Origin: Clostridia bacterium
GTDB taxonomy: Bacteria; Bacillota; Clostridia; Christensenellales; CAG-314
Length of the DNA stretch: 57,324 bases
Direction of reading: 5' to 3'
NCBI GenBank assembly: GCA_017409765.1
Contig: JAFQSA010000003.1
Location: 1 to 57,324 of the forward strand
The position numbers and the translations under genes are program-made. The notes beneath the pieces were generated by a model, which saw nothing but the letters and a program-made list of their open reading frames with translations, was not told the DNA's origin and ran no database searches. Below, piece by piece: positions 28,997-40,059 of the stretch (its first letter is position 1; each line of letters starts with the position of its first letter).

Positions 28997-30091
28997 ATGA
29001 CAAGCAAGGATTTCTTTCTCGCTTTAGACGCACTTGAAAGAGAAAAAGGTATCAGCAGAGAAAAGGTTATCGAATCTTTGGAAACAGCACTTGCAATCGC
29101 TTGCAAAAAGCACTTTGGCGAGGCATCCAACGTTATCGTAAAGACCAACCCAGAAAAATTTACCATTCGCGCATATATTTCCAAAACTATCGTGGAAGTA
29201 GTGGAAGTTCCCGAAAAGGAAATTTCCTTGGAGGACGCTCGTCTTATCAAAAAGTCCTACAAACTTGGTGACGATGTTTTGACAGAAATTGATCCACGCA
29301 CATTTGGTAGAATTGCTGCACAAAACGCTCGCCAAGTAATCTTGAACAGTTTGCATCAAGCAGAAAAGGACGTAACATTTAGCCAATTTGCCGACAAGGA
29401 AAACGAACTTTTGATTGGTGTTGTAACTCGTATCAAGGAAGATGGCACAATCTTTGTTGAAATCGGCAAAAACCAAATGGAAGGTATGCTTGCCGTTAAC
29501 GAACAAATCCCAGGCGAACGTTACCAACCAGGCGACCGCATCAAGGTGCTTGTAAAGCGTGTTCGCGATGGTGTTGGTGGAACACAAGTTATCTTGTCTC
29601 GTGCAAGTTATGTGTTCATCAAGCGCTTGTTCGAGGCTGAAGTTCCCGAAATTCGTGCTGAAATCGTACAAATCAAGAGCATCGTTCGCGAGGCAGGATT
29701 CCGTACAAAGATGGCAGTTTACTCCACCGACCCCGAAATTGACGCTGTTGGCGCATGCGTAGGTAACAAAGGTGCGCGTGTTAACTCCATCGTTGCAGAA
29801 ATTGGTGGCGAAAAGATCGACATCATCCCATGGAGTAGCGATATTCTCGACTACATTGCAAGAGCACTTTCTCCTGCAAAAGTTTTGATTGTCCAAGCAG
29901 ACGAAGACACGAAGGAAGCAAAAGTTGTTGTTCCAGACGAAAAACTTTCTCTTGCTATTGGTAAGGAAGGTCAAAATGCTCGTCTTGCTGCAAAACTTAC
30001 CGGCTGGAAGATTGACGTAAAGTCCTACTCTGCAGCAATGCAAAGTGGCATGTTCGACAACATGGACGAAGGCGAGAGCGATGGCGAGTAA
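28997..30091 (+). CDS. nusA: Transcription factor NusA
   Basis: FGRIAAQ, REAGFRTK, GEKIDII, LSLAIGKEGQNARLAAKLTGWKID. Confidence 0.98.
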   Translation: MTSKDFFLALDALEREKGISREKVIESLETALAIACKKHFGEASNVIVKTNPEKFTIRAYISKTIVEVVEVPEKEISLEDARLIKKSYKLGDDVLTEIDPRTFGRIAAQNARQVILNSLHQAEKDVTFSQFADKENELLIGVVTRIKEDGTIFVEIGKNQMEGMLAVNEQIPGERYQPGDRIKVLVKRVRDGVGGTQVILSRASYVFIKRLFEAEVPEIRAEIVQIKSIVREAGFRTKMAVYSTDPEIDAVGACVGNKGARVNSIVAEIGGEKIDIIPWSSDILDYIARALSPAKVLIVQADEDTKEAKVVVPDEKLSLAIGKEGQNARLAAKLTGWKIDVKSYSAAMQSGMFDNMDEGESDGE

Positions 30092-30347
30092 GACAAAGCG
30101 TATTCCCGAAAGAATGTGTGTTTCCTGTAGGGAGATGAAACCCAAAACAATGCTTGTTCGCATCGTCAATACCGAAAATGGTGTTGTTGTAGATACAACT
30201 GGCAAAGTTAATGGTCGTGGCGTGTATATCTGCAAGTGCAAACAATGCATTGAGCGCGCCTACAAACAAAAGAATTTTGCAAAAGTAAACGGTTTTGCTA
30301 TCTCAGAGCAACTGTTTGCTCAATTGGAGTCCATAATTGAACAGTAA
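30081..30347 (+). CDS. ylxR: YlxR/RnpM family RNA-binding protein
   Basis: PERMCVSCR...KTMLVRIV...GRGVYIC. Confidence 0.92.
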   Translation: MASKTKRIPERMCVSCREMKPKTMLVRIVNTENGVVVDTTGKVNGRGVYICKCKQCIERAYKQKNFAKVNGFAISEQLFAQLESIIEQ

Positions 30348-30618
30348 AATTGAAACTTACATTGGATTTGCAATCCGAAAGGGTTCGGTAGTTTTTGGTG
30401 TGGACAACATCAAATACTATCGCAAAAAGATGTACCTGCTTGTGTACACGTCAACTCTTTCCCAAAACTCTTTAGATGTGCTAAAACTCACATCCGAAAG
30501 GGTGGGTTGCCCCCTGTCACAAATAGATGATTACGAAATGTTGCAACGTAAAAATTGCAAGGCGTTGGCAATTTGTGACAAATCTTTGGCCAACGCAATA
30601 TTAGAAAATTTGAAGTAG
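30337..30618 (+). CDS. ylxQ: L7Ae/YlxQ family protein (divergent)
   Basis: YIGFAIRKGSVVFG, AICDKSLANAI; position between ylxR and infB. Confidence 0.8.
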   Translation: MNSKIETYIGFAIRKGSVVFGVDNIKYYRKKMYLLVYTSTLSQNSLDVLKLTSERVGCPLSQIDDYEMLQRKNCKALAICDKSLANAILENLK

Positions 30619-30637
30619 TGCTTGCTGGAGGATATAA

Positions 30638-33265
30638 ATGGCAATTACAACAAAACCACAAACAAATAGAATGGAAAACATCAAAACAGTAAAGACAACA
30701 GTTGTGCCTACTGCTCGCGATTTGTTGCAAGCAGTTGCAAAACTAAAGCAACAATCTAATGCGCTTACTGATTCTATTCGCACACGCAAAGCTCAACTTG
30801 TCGCTCAAGAAACAGCAAAAACTGCTCCCGAAGTAGTAGTAGATGCGCCAGTCGTTGTAGAACAATCCAAAGTTGAGACTGTTGTAGAAAAACCTGTCGA
30901 GGTAGCCAAGGTGGAAACGCCAGTAGAGCAACCAAAACAACCCAAGCCAGCAGACAAACCTAAGCAAAAACCTGCAGTTGAGCCTGTTGCTCAACCAGCG
31001 CCCGTTCAACCCAAGATTTCTAGCGTTGTAGAAAACGGTCGCGAGGTAAAAACATATACTGACGAAAAGGGTAACGTAAAGGTGCGCAAGTTCTTGGATA
31101 CTTCCGCTCAACAACGCAAGCCTACTCCTCGTCAAGATGATCGCAGAGGTGGTCAACAACAAGGTCAAGGCCGTCCACAAGGTGGTCCACGTCCGGGTGG
31201 CAAACCAGGTGCTCAACCAATGGACAAGGGGGATAACAAACCAGGCGACAAGCGTCAACAAGGCGGAAAGCCTCAACAATCCGCAAAGAAGCCAACGTTT
31301 GTTGCTCCAGTAGTAGATCTTCCACGTCCAGAACCTCAAAAGTCCTATGGTAACAAAAACAAGACCAAGGAACATCCAGAGGAAAAGCGCGGTCAAAGCA
31401 AAAAGGCGCTTATCACACGTAACTACACAGGCGACTACGACGAAGATAGAGTTGTTCGCAAGGCTCGTCACGGCAAGAAGGGCGAACAACCAACTCAACC
31501 AGTTGTAACTCAAAAGATCACTCACGCAGTAATCACAACACAAGATGTCCCCATCAAGGTTTTGAGCGAAAAAATTGGTGTTTCCGTATCGGAAATCATC
31601 AAGCAACTCTTCAAGGAAGGCGTAATGAAGACCATCAACGACTCCGTTGACTTCGACTACGCAGAGTACATCGCAGGTATGTACGACGTTACACTAGAAC
31701 TTCAAGTTGCAAAAACTGCCGAAGAAATCGTTGTCGAAGGGGAAGATGATGGCCTTGTAGACGATACAAAACGTCCTCCAATCGTTACAGTTATGGGTCA
31801 CGTAGACCACGGTAAAACTTCCTTGTTGGATGCTATCCGTAACACAAGTGTAACTAGTGGCGAAGCGGGCGGTATTACACAACACATCGGTGCTTACACA
31901 GTTACTGCCAACGGCGAACCCATCACATTTATCGACACTCCTGGCCACGCAGCGTTCACAGCAATGCGCGCACGTGGTGCAAAGGTTACTGACGTTGCAA
32001 TCATCGTTGTTGCAGCGGACGACGGCGTAATGCCACAAACAATCGAAGCCATCAACCACGCAAAGGCTGCGGAAGTTTCCATCATTGTTGCCATCAACAA
32101 GATGGACAAACCACACATCGACCCCGAAAGAGTAAAGCAACAACTCACCGAGTACGAATTGCTTCCTGAAGAATGGGGCGGAGATACAATCATGGTTCCA
32201 GTTTCCGCTAAGTCCGGCATGGGTATCGACCAACTTTTGGAAAGCATATTGCTTGTTACCGAAATCAAAGAACTCAAAGCCAACCCCAAAAAGCGCGCAA
32301 CAGGCACAATCATCGAGTCCCGTCTTGACAAGGGCCGTGGTCCAGTTGCAACCATCTTGGTAAGCAACGGCACATTGCACGTTGGCGACAGTCTTATCGC
32401 TGGCGCTGCAACAGGTAAGATCCGCGCTATGTTCGACGACAAAGGTCGCAAAGTTAAGAGCGCAGGTCCATCCATTCCTGTGGAAGTGCTTGGTTTCTCC
32501 GAAGTGCCTCAAGCGGGCGACTACATGTTTGTAGCAGACGAAAAACTTGTAAAGAAGGCGGCAGAAGAACGCAAAGACAAGATCAAGTTGGAGGCTGCTC
32601 GTCAAACTCCAGCCATGAACCTTGGCGATTTGTTCGGTCGCATCTCTCAAGGTCAACTCAAAAACCTCAACATTATCTTGAAAACTGACGTTCACGGCTC
32701 ACTCGAAGCGTTGAAGGCTAGTCTCGAAAAGATCTCCAACGACGAAGTTGTTGTTTCCTGTATCCACGGTGGTGTTGGTGGTATCAACGAAACAGATATC
32801 ATGCTTGCAAAAGCAAGTCAAGCAATCATCATCGGCTTTAACGTACGTGCTGACTCCAAAGCGAAGGCTCTTGCCGAAACGGAAGGCGTAGATATCCGCT
32901 TGTATTCCATCATCTACGATGCTATCGACGATATCACAGCCGCTATGAAGGGTATGCTTGCTCCAAAATTCCGCGAACAAGTTACTGGTACTGTGGAAGT
33001 TCGCGAAGTATTCAAGATCAGCGGTGTTGGCGCAGTTGCCGGTTGCTATGTTACTCATGGCAAGGCAGTACGTAACGGTAAAGTTCGCGTATTCCGCAAC
33101 GACGTAAGCATCTACGAAGGTAGCATTGCCGCATTGAAACGCTTCAAGGACGACGTTAAGGAAGTTGCCTCCGGCTACGAATGTGGTATTTCTATCGAAA
33201 ACTTCAACGACATCAAGGTTGGCGACGTATTCGAAATTTATCAAATGGAAGAAATTGCTCAATGA
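30638..33265 (+). CDS. infB: Translation initiation factor IF-2
   Basis: [26 protein letters not shown]-terminal [11 protein letters not shown]. Confidence 0.99.
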   Translation: MAITTKPQTNRMENIKTVKTTVVPTARDLLQAVAKLKQQSNALTDSIRTRKAQLVAQETAKTAPEVVVDAPVVVEQSKVETVVEKPVEVAKVETPVEQPKQPKPADKPKQKPAVEPVAQPAPVQPKISSVVENGREVKTYTDEKGNVKVRKFLDTSAQQRKPTPRQDDRRGGQQQGQGRPQGGPRPGGKPGAQPMDKGDNKPGDKRQQGGKPQQSAKKPTFVAPVVDLPRPEPQKSYGNKNKTKEHPEEKRGQSKKALITRNYTGDYDEDRVVRKARHGKKGEQPTQPVVTQKITHAVITTQDVPIKVLSEKIGVSVSEIIKQLFKEGVMKTINDSVDFDYAEYIAGMYDVTLELQVAKTAEEIVVEGEDDGLVDDTKRPPIVTVMGHVDHGKTSLLDAIRNTSVTSGEAGGITQHIGAYTVTANGEPITFIDTPGHAAFTAMRARGAKVTDVAIIVVAADDGVMPQTIEAINHAKAAEVSIIVAINKMDKPHIDPERVKQQLTEYELLPEEWGGDTIMVPVSAKSGMGIDQLLESILLVTEIKELKANPKKRATGTIIESRLDKGRGPVATILVSNGTLHVGDSLIAGAATGKIRAMFDDKGRKVKSAGPSIPVEVLGFSEVPQAGDYMFVADEKLVKKAAEERKDKIKLEAARQTPAMNLGDLFGRISQGQLKNLNIILKTDVHGSLEALKASLEKISNDEVVVSCIHGGVGGINETDIMLAKASQAIIIGFNVRADSKAKALAETEGVDIRLYSIIYDAIDDITAAMKGMLAPKFREQVTGTVEVREVFKISGVGAVAGCYVTHGKAVRNGKVRVFRNDVSIYEGSIAALKRFKDDVKEVASGYECGISIENFNDIKVGDVFEIYQMEEIAQ

Positions 33266-33612
33266 GAACTGACAAACTTAATGCTGAATTCAAAAGATAC
33301 ATTGCGGAAATCTTGACACGCAAGGTAAAAGATCCACGCATCACGGAGATGTTTACCATCGTCCAAGTTGATTGCGACAACGATCTTTCCTATGCAAAGG
33401 TGTATGTTAGCATTTTCTCTACCAATCCCGAAAAGGGCGCTGCAACTTTTGCCGCCATCAAGGAAAATGCCCACGTTGTCCGTCGCGAAATTTCCCGCAA
33501 TATGCACATCCGCAAGGTACCAGAGTTCCTGTTTGTATTGGATACATCCATGGAATATGGCGCAAAGATAGGTAACATTCTCAATGAAATCAACAAAAAA
33601 ACTAACAATTAA
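33262..33612 (+). CDS. rbfA: Ribosome-binding factor A
   Basis: [29 protein letters not shown]; ATGA overlap with infB. Confidence 0.95.
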   Translation: MRTDKLNAEFKRYIAEILTRKVKDPRITEMFTIVQVDCDNDLSYAKVYVSIFSTNPEKGAATFAAIKENAHVVRREISRNMHIRKVPEFLFVLDTSMEYGAKIGNILNEINKKTNN

Positions 33613-34543
33613 ACAAACCGCACAACTAATAAAGCAATGTTCATCCATTGCTTTATTTGCACATACAAACCCCGATGGCGACACAGTTGGCTCCTGCATT
33701 GCATTGGCGCATGGCCTAAAGCAACTTGGCAAAACTGTGGAGATTTTTTGCGACTATCCCATCACGGGCAAGCTTGCAACTTTTGACGAAGTAAAACTCA
33801 TCCACAACCAATTTTTTGGCAAGTACGATTTGTTTGTCGCTGTGGATTGTGGCGATATTTTCCGCACGGGCGAGTTTTCCGGTTTGTACGACAGTCAAAA
33901 GGAAACCTTAACCATCGACCATCACGGTGGAGAGTGTTTCTCCAAGTACAATTGCTTGTTCCAATATGCAAGCACTTGTCAAATTGTATTCGAAATTCTC
34001 AAAGAACTTGGAGTTGAGTTCAACCCTACAATTGCCACCTACTTGTACATGGGACTTTGTACCGACACGGGTAACTTTTCCAACAGTAACACCGATGCCG
34101 ACTCCCACAACATGGCAGGGGAACTAATTAACCTTGGTGCGGATTTTCAACACATCAATCGCACGTTTTTTAGAGATATCGAACTAAACGAACTAAAACT
34201 GCACGCAAGAGTGCTTTCTCGTATGAGAACCTACTACGATGGCCAAATGATTTTGCTGTATGTTCATCAAGCGGATATCGACGAATTTGGTTTGGATAAC
34301 ACAGTAACAACAGGCCTTGTTCACTACGCAAACGATGTTGTAACTGCAAAAGTTGCCGTTTGTGTATCCCAAGATGGCGAAAACGCCTACAAGGTTAGCA
34401 TGCGTGGCAAAAACTACAACGTTCGCGAAGTTTGCCAACACTTTGGCGGTGGTGGACACTTGATGGCTGCCGGTTGCCGTATTTGTGGCTATTTCGAGGA
34501 TGTTATCGAGCAACTTGTGCGTGTTGTAGGATTTACAATATGA
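33584..34543 (+). CDS. nrnA: DHH/DHHA1 nanoRNase/pAp phosphatase
   Basis: HTNPDGD, IDHH, TDTGNF, GGGGH. Confidence 0.9.
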   Translation: MKSTKKLTIKQTAQLIKQCSSIALFAHTNPDGDTVGSCIALAHGLKQLGKTVEIFCDYPITGKLATFDEVKLIHNQFFGKYDLFVAVDCGDIFRTGEFSGLYDSQKETLTIDHHGGECFSKYNCLFQYASTCQIVFEILKELGVEFNPTIATYLYMGLCTDTGNFSNSNTDADSHNMAGELINLGADFQHINRTFFRDIELNELKLHARVLSRMRTYYDGQMILLYVHQADIDEFGLDNTVTTGLVHYANDVVTAKVAVCVSQDGENAYKVSMRGKNYNVREVCQHFGGGGHLMAAGCRICGYFEDVIEQLVRVVGFTI

Positions 34544-35403
34544 ACGGATTTATCAACGTACTAAAGCCAGTTGGCGCAACTGCAAGTGACGTGGTTGTTT
34601 GTCTAAAACATGTTTTGCATCAAAAAAAGGTAGGCCATCTTGGCACACTTGACCCTGGTGCAAGTGGTGTTTTACCAGTTGCTATTGGTCAAGGCACAAA
34701 ACTATTCAACTTTTTGACAAACAAAGTCAAGTACTACCGCGCATTTTTCACATTTGGCAAGACAACTGACACTTTGGATTCCTATGGCGAAATTCTCGAT
34801 CAAGGCAAGCCTATTCCAACGGAAAGTGACGTTGCCAATGCACTAAAAAGTTTTGTTGGTGAACTTGACCAAGTTCCACCAATCTACTCTGCAATATCTG
34901 TTGGCGGTGTAAGGGCCTACAAACTTGCCCGCAATGGCGATAACGTTGAACTAAAAACTCGCAAAGTTACCGTCTACGACATATCGCTAATCAAGCAACA
35001 CAGCGCTGATACTTTTGTTGTAGATATCAAATGCAGTGGTGGCACCTATATCCGCTCTTTGGCACGTGACATTGCCAAGGCCTGCGGAACAATTGGCTAT
35101 ATGAGTGCGCTAATTCGTCTGCAATCAGGTTGTTTTGATATCGAACACGCCTATACACTCGATGAAATCCGCCAACTAAAGGAAAAATGCATTGTTGACG
35201 TGATGTATCCCTTGCAAGATGTCGAGGAATATCACTTTGACGACAAGTGTTTTGATGATATAAACTTTGGCCGTAAAATCAAATGTCCATTTGACTACGG
35301 CTACAAAAAGATCTACTGCAAAGGTATCTTTTTCGGTCTTGGCAAAAATCAAGATGGATACCTAAAAATAGAGTACTACCTAAAGAATATTTTCGAGGAG
35401 TAA
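34540..35403 (+). CDS. truB: tRNA pseudouridine-55 synthase
   Basis: KVGHLGTLDPGASGVL, PPIYSA, CSGGTYIRSL. Confidence 0.96.
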   Translation: MNGFINVLKPVGATASDVVVCLKHVLHQKKVGHLGTLDPGASGVLPVAIGQGTKLFNFLTNKVKYYRAFFTFGKTTDTLDSYGEILDQGKPIPTESDVANALKSFVGELDQVPPIYSAISVGGVRAYKLARNGDNVELKTRKVTVYDISLIKQHSADTFVVDIKCSGGTYIRSLARDIAKACGTIGYMSALIRLQSGCFDIEHAYTLDEIRQLKEKCIVDVMYPLQDVEEYHFDDKCFDDINFGRKIKCPFDYGYKKIYCKGIFFGLGKNQDGYLKIEYYLKNIFEE

Positions 35404-35420
35404 TTCCTCTTACAAACGCT

Positions 35421-36305
35421 ATGCAAGTTGTAAAATTCGGCAAAAAACTTAATACTCCAATTGTTATTGCGCTGGGATTTTTCGGTTGCATGCACAAAGG
35501 TCACGTTCAACTGTTGGACGAGGCAAAAACTCTTGCCAAGTCCACAAACAGCAAAGTTGCTTTGTTCACATTCTCCAACAACCACCTAAAGGTGCTTGGC
35601 AAGGATGTCAAACAACTGTACACCTTTGATGAACGTTGCAAAATCTACCAAAATCTTGGTATTGATGTGCTTGTTTGTGCTGAGTTCAACAAACAATTTA
35701 TGCAAACAAGCGGTGCTGAGTTCCTCAGTACACTCAACAACTACAATTTGCATGGTGTCGTTTGCGGTTTCGACTACACCTGTGGCTCGGACAGAAAAAA
35801 CAGTCAATTTGTGCGCGAGTATCTTTGTGATATTCCTATCAAGGTTGTGGATGCAGTTTGCATCGATGGTGTAAAGATCAGCACAACTTTGATCAGAGCA
35901 AAACTTGGCGAGTGCGACATTTCACTTTGCAACCAATTGCTTTCGCAACCATTCTTCTTCGATGGCGAGGTGGTGCATGGTCGTGGTGTTGGTAACAAGC
36001 TTGGTTTTCCAACTGCAAACGTGCTGACGGGTGCCGACAAGTTTTTGCCAGTTGGCGTTTTTGCTGGCGATACCGTTGTTGATGGCACAACGTACAAATG
36101 CATTATCAATATTGGTGCTAAACCCACCTACGATATTGACGAGCCAACTGTGGAAGTACACGTCATTGGCTATGGGGGAAATCTCTACGGCAACAATATT
36201 TCCGTCAATTTGCGCAAGTTTTTGCGTCCAATTTGCAAATTTGATTGTTCCGAACAACTTATACAACAGCTAAAATTAGATATGGAGAATTGCCTAGATG
36301 ATTAA
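35421..36305 (+). CDS. ribF: Riboflavin kinase/FAD synthetase
   Basis: HKGH, ISTTLIR, GFPTANV, VEVHV. Confidence 0.92.
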   Translation: MQVVKFGKKLNTPIVIALGFFGCMHKGHVQLLDEAKTLAKSTNSKVALFTFSNNHLKVLGKDVKQLYTFDERCKIYQNLGIDVLVCAEFNKQFMQTSGAEFLSTLNNYNLHGVVCGFDYTCGSDRKNSQFVREYLCDIPIKVVDAVCIDGVKISTTLIRAKLGECDISLCNQLLSQPFFFDGEVVHGRGVGNKLGFPTANVLTGADKFLPVGVFAGDTVVDGTTYKCIINIGAKPTYDIDEPTVEVHVIGYGGNLYGNNISVNLRKFLRPICKFDCSEQLIQQLKLDMENCLDD

Positions 36306-37143
36306 GTTTGGTCCAAGTGGCAACTGCAAAAGATTCTACGACGAAGGTTACAAAAGCACAACCCAAGCACCTAAGTGGTGCGCTGAGCAAGGGCTAACTT
36401 GCTACGAATATTCCTTTGGTCGTGGCATAAATATTAGTGATGCAAAGTGCTCCGAGATTGCTCTCGAAGCAAAAAAGTACGGCGTAGAGATTTCCGTTCA
36501 TGCCCCTTACTACATCAATTTTGCCAATCCCGATGACGCCATGGCGGAAAAATCCTATAATTACGTCTTGAAAAGTGCCGAAAAGGTAAGATGTTTTGGT
36601 GGAAAGCGTGTAATTTTCCACCCATCAACAGTAGGTAAGATGTCCCGCGCAGATGCTGTGGCTTTAACATACAAGCGCTTGGAGATTTTGGCAAGCATGA
36701 TCTACGAAAACGGTATGGACGATTTGATTTTCTGCCCCGAAACAATGGGTAAAATCAACCAAATTGGCAATGTTGAGGAAGTAGTTAGCTTTTGCAAAAT
36801 TGCTCCCTTCTACATTCCAACAATCGATTTCGGCCACATCAATGCGCGCACACACGGCAGTTTGCAAACCTTCGAGGACTACGAAAAGCTTGTTTTGCAC
36901 GTAATTGATGAGCTGGGTTTTGAACGCGCATCCAAAATGCACGTCCACTTTTCTAAAATTGAGTACAGCACCGGTGGCGAAGTTCGTCACTTGACGTTTG
37001 ATGACCAAATGTATGGTCCAGATTTCGCGCCATTGGCACGCGTATTCAAAAAGTACAATCTCAGCCCAGTTATCATTTGCGAGTCGGACGGCACTCAAGC
37101 AGATGACGCTGTTGAGATGAAACGCATTTACGAAAATGTGTAG
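36298..37143 (+). CDS. AP endonuclease 2 / endonuclease IV-like TIM-barrel protein
   Basis: SVHAPYYIN, ETMGK, DFGH, HVHFS, ICES metal ligands. Confidence 0.85.
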   Translation: MIKFGPSGNCKRFYDEGYKSTTQAPKWCAEQGLTCYEYSFGRGINISDAKCSEIALEAKKYGVEISVHAPYYINFANPDDAMAEKSYNYVLKSAEKVRCFGGKRVIFHPSTVGKMSRADAVALTYKRLEILASMIYENGMDDLIFCPETMGKINQIGNVEEVVSFCKIAPFYIPTIDFGHINARTHGSLQTFEDYEKLVLHVIDELGFERASKMHVHFSKIEYSTGGEVRHLTFDDQMYGPDFAPLARVFKKYNLSPVIICESDGTQADDAVEMKRIYENV

Positions 37144-37192
37144 TTTGTAACAAATTTGACTTCAATTTACTTCGAAAGGAGGAATTTTATAG

Positions 37193-38260
37193 ATGAAAAG
37201 TACCGAAAAACTCTTCAGTCTTTCAAACGTTGATGCAATTTTGCTTGTAAGCGACAAAAACCGTATGTATTTTACTGGTTTTGCATCAACCTTTGGCTAC
37301 TTGCTTTTGTTCCCACAAGACCAAAACTACTTTATTACTGATCCACGTTACTACGAAATGGCTCAGTCCTTGGAATGTCGCGAAATGCACGTTTTGCAAA
37401 TTGAAAACGGCGTAAGCGCGCTTGGTATGGTAACAAAAATTTTGAACGACCACAAGGTTAAAACTTTGGGTTACGAAGATACTGAACTTACAGTTGCCGA
37501 ATTTGGTGGCATCAAGGAAGGACTTTCCAGTTTTGAACTTGTTCCAGTTGGCAAAAATATTAACACAGTTCGTAGCTACAAGACGGAAGAGGAAATTTCC
37601 TACATAAAACGCGCGCAAGAAATCACCGATTTGTCCTTCAAACAAATTTGCAAGGTTATCAAAGCGGGTATGACCGAGCGCCAAGTTGCCATCGAACTTG
37701 AGTACTTGATGGCTAAAAATGGTGCCGAAGGACTTGCATTTGACACAATTGTTGCAAGTGGCGTAAACACATCCAAGCCACACGCTCACCCAACAGACAA
37801 GGTTATCCAAGTTGGCGATGCTGTAACAATGGACTTTGGCGCAAGATATCACGGCTACTGTGCAGATATGACTCGTACAGTTTTTGTTGGCGAGCCCAGC
37901 GAAGAAATGCGCAAAATCTACAACATTGTTTTGCTTGCACAAAAAACAGGTATTTCCGGCGCGTACAATGGCATTGCCGGTAGCGAGTTGGATGCTCTTT
38001 GTCGCGAAGTTATCAAATCCAACGGCTACGGCACATGCTTCACACACAGCACAGGCCACAGTTTGGGTATCGACATTCACGAAACACCAAGCGCATCATC
38101 CAGATCTACCGACAAATTGACCGCAGGACAACTTATCACGGTTGAACCAGGCATCTACGTTCCTGGTCTAGGTGGTGTCCGCATAGAAGATTTGCTGTTA
38201 TTTACACAAGATGGCGTAATTGATTTGACAAAGTCAGACAAAAACATTATAATACTATAG
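37193..38260 (+). CDS. pepQ: Xaa-Pro peptidase (M24)
   Basis: KPHA, MDFGA...ADMTRT, HSTGH, HETP, TVEPGIY, GVRIED; upstream of efp. Confidence 0.9.
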   Translation: MKSTEKLFSLSNVDAILLVSDKNRMYFTGFASTFGYLLLFPQDQNYFITDPRYYEMAQSLECREMHVLQIENGVSALGMVTKILNDHKVKTLGYEDTELTVAEFGGIKEGLSSFELVPVGKNINTVRSYKTEEEISYIKRAQEITDLSFKQICKVIKAGMTERQVAIELEYLMAKNGAEGLAFDTIVASGVNTSKPHAHPTDKVIQVGDAVTMDFGARYHGYCADMTRTVFVGEPSEEMRKIYNIVLLAQKTGISGAYNGIAGSELDALCREVIKSNGYGTCFTHSTGHSLGIDIHETPSASSRSTDKLTAGQLITVEPGIYVPGLGGVRIEDLLLFTQDGVIDLTKSDKNIIIL

Positions 38261-38285
38261 GAAAACTCTCTTGGAGGCATAAATT

Positions 38286-38846
38286 ATGATTTTAGCAGGC
38301 GATTTTAGAAAAGGTGTAACATTTGTTTACAACAATGGTATCTACGTAATCGTAGATTTCCAACACGTAAAACCAGGCAAAGGCGCAGCATTTGTTAGAA
38401 CAAAGATCAAGAACGTTGTAACAGGCGCAGTTCGCGAAGAAACATTCAACCCATCCGAAAAGTTTGAGCTCGCTCGTATCGAAAGCAAGGAAATGGAATA
38501 CCTCTACAACGATGGTGACCTTTACTACTTTATGGATAACGAAACATACGAACAAGTTCCTCTTGGAAAGGCTCAAGTAGAAGAAGCATTGCAATTCTTG
38601 AAAGAGAACATGTCCGCAACAATCAAATTCTACAAAGGCGAAGCATTCTCCGTTGAACCTCCTAACTTTGTAGTATTGCAAGTTGTTACTTGCGAACCTG
38701 CAGTAGCGGGCAACACAGCAACAAACGCAAACAAACCTGCAACTGTAGAAACTGGTTACACACTTATGGTTCCAATGTTCGTTAACGAAGGCGATATGAT
38801 CCGTATCGATACACGTACAGGCGAATACATGGAAAGAGCGAAATAA
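38286..38846 (+). CDS. efp: Elongation factor P
   Basis: [22 protein letters not shown]. Confidence 0.99.
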   Translation: MILAGDFRKGVTFVYNNGIYVIVDFQHVKPGKGAAFVRTKIKNVVTGAVREETFNPSEKFELARIESKEMEYLYNDGDLYYFMDNETYEQVPLGKAQVEEALQFLKENMSATIKFYKGEAFSVEPPNFVVLQVVTCEPAVAGNTATNANKPATVETGYTLMVPMFVNEGDMIRIDTRTGEYMERAK

Positions 38847-38865
38847 TCTAAGTAATTGCTTTATC

Positions 38866-38899
38866 AAAATGACGACGCATTTAGCGCCGTCATTTTTTT
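38866..38899 (+). terminator. Intrinsic terminator after efp
   Basis: AAAATGACGACGC/GCGCCGTCATTTT stem plus T run. Confidence 0.8.
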
Positions 38900-39152
38900 A
38901 TTCTCATTTACCTATTTTGTGGCATTTCCATTGTTAAATACTCCTTATCAATATCAAAAGTTCAAATACTGATAAATATTTAGTAAATCTAACAGCAAAT
39001 TTGATTGGTTGTATCGTATCGTCTTGATGACTATCGAGCAGTTCGGTAATCTACAATAACTTTACAGAAACGCAAGTGCATAAATATTCAAACTAGCCTT
39101 TGTTGAGTTTTTGAAAATAGTTTGCAAATTTTTGTATTCAAGTAGGGTATTG

Positions 39153-39181
39153 GAATATTCAAACAACTTGTCCCATACAAT
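39153..39181 (+). promoter_or_regulatory. Sigma-E promoter of spoIIIA operon
   Basis: GAATATT-N14-CATACAAT matches the mother-cell sigma-E consensus. Confidence 0.75.
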
Positions 39182-39186
39182 TAAGT

Positions 39187-40002
39187 ATGAAATTTTACGA
39201 GTGCCTGCCCAATTGGATATCTAATTGTATAAACGGTAAGTCTGTTCGTGAAATTCGCCTTCGCAACAATGCGATGGTGCGGGTTAATATTGATGGCTCT
39301 TGGTGGTACTGTTCCAACGATGGGCTAACCGTATCAAGGTCGCACGCAAAGTTATTGGATGTGTCTTGTGACGATATCATTCGTAGCGCTTGTAATAACT
39401 CCATCTATGCCTATGAGCAAATGCTTGCGCAAGGCTACTTTACTATGGCAGATGGCTCAAGGTTTGGAGTTGCGGGTAAGTACGCAAATAGTGGTGTATT
39501 TCAAGAGTACACAAGCATTTGTGTGCGTGTGCCACATTGTGTTAGTTGTGCAACTGCACAAATTATTGCAACAACCCAATCGGGAAACGTTCTTATAGTT
39601 GGCCCACCTGGTGTAGGCAAAACAACTTTGCTAAGGGATATTGCTGTCAATTTGGCTTGCAAATATAATGTTGTAGTAGTGGACGAGCGTGGCGAATTGG
39701 ATGTACAAAATGTCCTTTGCAACTGCGACGTTCTCAAATGGACAAGCAAATCTGTCGGTTTCGAAATGGCGCTCAGATGTCTTTCTCCCGACTATATTGT
39801 CTGTGATGAACTTGGTTTTAGCGACAATTCTTGGGTAGAAAAAGCTGTAAATTCTGGCGTAAAAGTGATTGCCACTTCACACGGAAATGTTGGCAAAATT
39901 CACCTAAATAGCCAAATTTTCGATCATTTTGATAGTGTGATTTTATGCCAAAGTATCGGCGTCTACAAAATCATCAAAGCGCCAAATTTGACCGAAAATT
40001 AG
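39187..40002 (+). CDS. spoIIIAA: Stage III sporulation ATPase AA
   Basis: EIRLR, SIYAYE, GPPGVGKTTLLRD, VVDERGE, SPDYIVCDE. Confidence 0.93.
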   Translation: MKFYECLPNWISNCINGKSVREIRLRNNAMVRVNIDGSWWYCSNDGLTVSRSHAKLLDVSCDDIIRSACNNSIYAYEQMLAQGYFTMADGSRFGVAGKYANSGVFQEYTSICVRVPHCVSCATAQIIATTQSGNVLIVGPPGVGKTTLLRDIAVNLACKYNVVVVDERGELDVQNVLCNCDVLKWTSKSVGFEMALRCLSPDYIVCDELGFSDNSWVEKAVNSGVKVIATSHGNVGKIHLNSQIFDHFDSVILCQSIGVYKIIKAPNLTEN

Positions 40003-40059
40003 CAAAATCATGGCAAAATCAACTTGCCTATGCTCAATTATTGGAATTTATATGCTACT

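Noticed and set aside
30337-30618. L7Ae-family gene as OLE partner OapC
   Set aside because: Position in the nusA-infB operon identifies it as YlxQ; OapC is the paralogue YbxF encoded elsewhere
30800-31500. Low-complexity P/Q/K/G repeats in the infB 5' region
   Set aside because: Normal variable N-terminal region of IF-2, not a repeat element
18171-33262. Minus-strand ORFs opposite rpsB, tsf, nusA and infB
   Set aside because: Same antisense-shadow effect in highly expressed genes
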